A stretch of DNA of 64,000 nucleotides from Longimicrobiales bacterium (GTDB lineage Bacteria; Gemmatimonadota; Gemmatimonadetes; Longimicrobiales; Gaopeijiaceae). Position numbers and translations under genes: made by a program. Position 1 is the stretch's first letter, and each line of letters begins with the position of its first letter. The stretch covers positions 320,001-384,000 of the forward strand of contig CBDAON010000004.1 in NCBI GenBank assembly GCA_965198065.1. The letters are read 5' to 3'. The notes beneath the pieces were generated by a model. It searched no databases and was not told the origin of the DNA. It saw only the letters and a program-made list of their open reading frames with translations. Positions 60,532 through 64,000 of this stretch are shown piece after piece.

Positions 60532-61733
60532 CATCGGTCTAGATAGCATGCCCATTCCTCCATGAGCCGACGGCGGCGCTCGAACAGGTCGGAGCGCATG
60601 TAGGCGGCCTCGACCGGGTTCCGGACTACATGGGCCAGGGCCGCCTCGACGACTTCGCGGGGGTGGTCCGTCTCTTCGGCGGCCCAGTCTCTGAACGACG
60701 ACCTGAACCCATGCGGCACCGCCGCGATCCCGTGCTTCCTGAGCAGCCGGCCCATCTGCTCGCCGCCCACCTCTCTGCCGCGCTTGCCGACGAACACGAT
60801 CGGACTCCCGCCGCCGCCCAGCTTCCGCGCCGCGTCGAGAATCTCCAGCGCGCGGCCGCACAGCGGCACACGGTGCGCGCGCAGGCTCTTCATCCGGCTC
60901 GCGGGGACCGTCCAGACGCGCTCCTCCCGGTCGATCTCGCTCCATACCGCCCCGCGGACCTCGACGCCCCGCGCCGCCGTGAGCACCATGAACTCGAACG
61001 CCAGCGCGTCCACCTTGCCCGCCTTCGCCGCCCGGACCTTCTCGATGGCCGCCCCCACCTCGCGGTGAGGCAGGGCCTTCCGGTGTCTGACGACATGTTG
61101 CTGGGAGCCGAGCACCGGCAGGAGCCGGTCGCACGGGTTGTCCGTTCTCCAGTCCATGGCGATGGCCCATTCCAGCACGGCGCGGATGCGGTGGCGAACG
61201 ATCCGGGCCGTCGGCGGGTTCGCGTGCCAGATGGGTGTGAGGATCTCGAGCACGTCGGCGCTCGTCATCTCGGAGACCGGCACCCTCCCGATCCTTGGGA
61301 AGACGTGAATCTCGAAGCTGCGATACCAGTTCCTCGGCACCGCCGCGTTGCGCCATCCGGCGCTCTTCTGCTCGATGACGCGCTTAGCGGCCTCGGCGAA
61401 GGTGGGAATGCCCGCCGAACGCCGCTTCTCGGCCAGCGGATCGCCGCCCGCGCGGGCAAGCTTGCGGTTGGCCAGCGCCTGCTCCCGCGCCTCGGCGAGC
61501 AAGACCAGTTGGGCGTTGCCGAGTCCGAGCTCGCGCTTGCGGCCCCGGATCACGAGCCGCTGAATCCAACTCCGGGTTCCGGTCTTCTGGACGTAAAGGT
61601 AGAGACCGTTGCCATCGCAGTGCCTGCCGGGCGGTGCCGAGCGCACGAAGGCGGTCGAGAGCCGCTTGTGGGGATGGCGGCCCTTGGGCTTGCCTAGGCG
61701 GCGCTTGACGGGAGATCGAATCACATTATCCAT
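60501..61733 (-). CDS. P4-like tyrosine integrase (copy 2)
   Basis: Same motifs as copy 1 (DGNGLYLYV, TAAR, HRVPL, HGFR, LAH, AAY); start placed at the ATG within the palindrome. Confidence 0.95.
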   Translation of the reverse strand: MDNVIRSPVKRRLGKPKGRHPHKRLSTAFVRSAPPGRHCDGNGLYLYVQKTGTRSWIQRLVIRGRKRELGLGNAQLVLLAEAREQALANRKLARAGGDPLAEKRRSAGIPTFAEAAKRVIEQKSAGWRNAAVPRNWYRSFEIHVFPRIGRVPVSEMTSADVLEILTPIWHANPPTARIVRHRIRAVLEWAIAMDWRTDNPCDRLLPVLGSQQHVVRHRKALPHREVGAAIEKVRAAKAGKVDALAFEFMVLTAARGVEVRGAVWSEIDREERVWTVPASRMKSLRAHRVPLCGRALEILDAARKLGGGGSPIVFVGKRGREVGGEQMGRLLRKHGIAAVPHGFRSSFRDWAAEETDHPREVVEAALAHVVRNPVEAAYMRSDLFERRRRLMEEWACYLDRCAVSSSTVHK

Positions 61734-61857
61734 CCCACAATCATAACTGGGATGGAACGGGATCGCAAAGGGCACTGCTGGCAGAACGAGACAAGAAAGA
61801 AACTACGTAACCTGTTGTAAATACTGGATGTTATGCACCTACCCGGAAATCCTTGGA
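61729..61857. promoter_or_regulatory. att-like/autoregulatory module 5' of integrase 2
   Basis: tccatcccaca-atcata-actgggatgga (61729-61756); IHF-like taacctgttgtaa at 61808; tgca/cgga/tgga at 61834/61844/61854. Confidence 0.7.
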
Positions 61858-62293
61858 CGGTATCGGATTCAAGTTGTGCGTTTACGGCAAGTAATCGTCT
61901 AAGTTCAACCGGGACTGCACGATCTGCCGCACTTGCCGTTGGCCGATGGCTGATTGCAGCGTACCGAAACAGCGAGAAAACGGCATCGAATGGCGGGAAT
62001 CCGGGTCGCATCGGGTCCCGTGTCAGCAGTTCGTCGTGAGTTCCTCACGCTGGCCAAGGTCACGTGGATGGTCCCCCGTATGACGGCCCACACCTACGCG
62101 GGACTCCTCAGCGATCACAAGTGGACGATAGGTCAGTGGTGATACGGGAAGGAAGACTGCTGCATCGACCGATGGGCCGGGAACGGGCGCGGCGCCCACA
62201 CGATCGTTCACGAGGTCTTCCGCCTGTTCAGATTTCGGCGCCCGGACACACCGCCCGACAGAGGCGGCGTCCTGACAAGCTCAGAGCTTCTAT

Positions 62294-62403
62294 GGCGGCG
62301 TCGCCGGAGCTATGCGCGGAGCTTCTTCACGACAGTGCGCACGCGATCGGGTATCGTCCGAGCCCCGGCGCCCCCACACTTGGCGGAGGAGCTCGTCCGT
62401 GGT
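62294..62403 (-). pseudogene. Remnant of an OmpR-type winged-helix DNA-binding domain
   Basis: TTDELLRQVWGRRGSDDT(fs)DRVRTVVKKLRA*L(fs)GDAA. Confidence 0.65.
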
Positions 62404-62536
62404 CACCCCCGCATGGTCGTGGGTAGCCAGCAAGCAATGCTCCCTCCTCGATCAGCAACGCCCGCACCGACCGCAACTTCGTTAGGTCCTAAGCCGGGGG
62501 CGGTCCCGGGCAGCTCCGGGCGGGGCACCGTCCGCT

Positions 62537-63622
62537 TCAGCGGCGCACGGCCTCGAGCAGGAGCTGCCCCACCTCCCGGTTCTCCTTCAGTCCACCGAAG
62601 CGCTCCGCACCAGGACCCACGGCGAAGAGCGGAACAAACGCCGCCGAGTGGTCCTCGGTGGTGTACTGCAGACTGTCGGCGCGGCGCTCGGCCGTGGGGA
62701 GGCCGATGCCGCCGGTCTCGTGGTCCGCGGTCACGACGACCAGCGTCTGGGGGCTCCGGCGGCGGAAGTCGAGCGCCAGTCGCACCGCGTCGTCGAAGGC
62801 GAGCATCTCCCGGACGAGGATCTCGCGCCCGGCGTTCCGATGCGCCTCCGTGTCGGTGCCCTCGCTTTCCACCATCAGAAAGAACCCTCCGGGGCGGCCC
62901 TCCAGCATCTCGAGCGCGACGGACATCATGGCCGCAAGGCTGGGTGACCGCTCCGCTGCGGGCGCCATCTCGCCCTCGGCGAAGAGGCCGAGGAGAGCGA
63001 CCTCCTGATCGGTACGAACGGCTTCCAGCTCCGTGAGGGATTCGACGATCTCGTACCGCTCCCTGGCCAGAGCCCAGAGATCGACGCCCGCCCGCTCCTC
63101 CGCAATGTCCAACAGCCCTCGGCCGCCCCCCATGAGCAAGTCCACGGGCAGGTCGATCATCTGCCGGAAGATGCTCACTTGCTCCGTGCGTGAGAGGGCA
63201 TGGGCGCCGAAGGCTGCCGGAGTGGCATCGGTGATGTACGTCGTCGTGACGAGCCCCGTCCCCATCCCTTGCCGCTTGGCGGCTTCCAGCACGGTTTCCA
63301 GGTGGGCCGAGTCGGGCCCGACGGCAACGGCTCCGAAGAACGTTCGGGTGCCGGTCGACAGCGCGGTGGCGCCCGCCGCGCTTCCCGTCACGACATGGCC
63401 GTGGCCTCTGGTATCGACGAGGCCTGTCACGGGGAACTCCCGCACCGCCAGCTCGCTCCGGGCGAAGTAGGCAAGCGTCCAGTGCTCGACGCCCGCCCCG
63501 TCGGCGATCATCACGATGAGGTTTCGGGACGCCAGCCCGCTCGGAGCCTCGGGGGTGCAGGCCCACGCTCCAAGCGCGGCGAGCGCGACGAGCCCGAGCG
63601 AAGGACGGGAAGATCCGGTCAT
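62537..63622 (-). CDS. phoA: Alkaline phosphatase (probable lipoprotein)
   Basis: IVMIADGAG, VTGSAAGATALSTG, TDATPAAF, MVESEGTDTEAH, VTADHETGG, H in TEDHS. Confidence 0.9.
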   Translation of the reverse strand: MTGSSRPSLGLVALAALGAWACTPEAPSGLASRNLIVMIADGAGVEHWTLAYFARSELAVREFPVTGLVDTRGHGHVVTGSAAGATALSTGTRTFFGAVAVGPDSAHLETVLEAAKRQGMGTGLVTTTYITDATPAAFGAHALSRTEQVSIFRQMIDLPVDLLMGGGRGLLDIAEERAGVDLWALARERYEIVESLTELEAVRTDQEVALLGLFAEGEMAPAAERSPSLAAMMSVALEMLEGRPGGFFLMVESEGTDTEAHRNAGREILVREMLAFDDAVRLALDFRRRSPQTLVVVTADHETGGIGLPTAERRADSLQYTTEDHSAAFVPLFAVGPGAERFGGLKENREVGQLLLEAVRR

Positions 63623-63780
63623 TGAACGGTCCTTAGGCTCACCCTAGATCCACTTCGCCGCCTTGATCCAGGTAGACTCAGGGGCTGGCGGGCCCTGGCG
63701 CAAGCGTCCTTATCCCCCAGGGCCCTCCCTGAGCCCGCGTGTGGGGCTTGTGGGGGGCCCCGAGTCGCCCCTATACCACG

Positions 63781-63804
63781 CGCCAGAAATGTCGCCAGAA
63801 ATGT
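63781..63804. repeat. Tandem 12-bp direct repeat cgccagaaatgt
   Basis: cgccagaaatgt x2 in the intergenic region upstream of the phosphatase. Confidence 0.85.
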
Positions 63805-64000
63805 AATAGGCCAACTGTCACGAGCCCGAGAGATTCTTGGATCGGCGCTTGCCAACCCCTGGCGCCGGCAGGTGCCGAGGAGCATGGATAACATGGCCGG
63901 AGACGAACAGAAGGCGTCGGAAGGGTCCGGGTGGCCGGGTATCGCCTGTGGTGCTCGTGCTCGACGGGAACGGCTACCCAGTGGAGGGCGAGCGGGTGCT

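Larger units (their letters stand above)
58478..62403. mobile_element. Decayed genomic island: R-M remnants, tandem integrases, regulator remnant
   Basis: Lower-GC flanks, pseudogenes and two tyrosine integrases between housekeeping genes; boundaries approximate. Confidence 0.7.

Noticed and set aside
63884..64000. Partial CDS at the right edge
   Set aside because: Frame is ambiguous and the stretch is too short to assign a product.

Overview
High-GC (roughly 70% by eye) bacterial chromosomal window. Protein style suggests Gemmatimonadota, which is an inference. Most of it is housekeeping and envelope genes: purT-like, murB, proC, asd, ndh, an amtB-glnK-glnA(GSI)-glnN(GSIII) nitrogen cluster, gltA, an EF-G paralog, sahR-ahcY, a DAHP synthase, peptidases, a PQQ dehydrogenase and alkaline phosphatase. 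There is one tRNA-Asn(GTT), followed by a decayed integrative element. A second accessory segment (~58.5-62.4 kb) holds a destroyed type II restriction-modification pair and two intact P4-type tyrosine integrases in tandem with no cargo between them. Each integrase carries the same colinear ~130-bp 5' module: a 28-bp 11-6-11 palindrome over the start codon, an IHF-like site starting 52 bp after the palindrome end, and 10-bp-phased repeats. This is my best candidate for an undescribed element, a minimal stacking integrase unit. Other notable items are a stand-alone EF-Tu-domain-II-like small protein upstream of the EF-G paralog, a lone ketosynthase next to citrate synthase, an M20 pseudo-peptidase and a divergent PurT. 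Several genes are broken by single-base frameshifts or by microhomology-bounded scrambling, which may be assembly artefacts. No CRISPR array or rRNA was seen. All family calls come from recognising motifs by eye; no database search was run.
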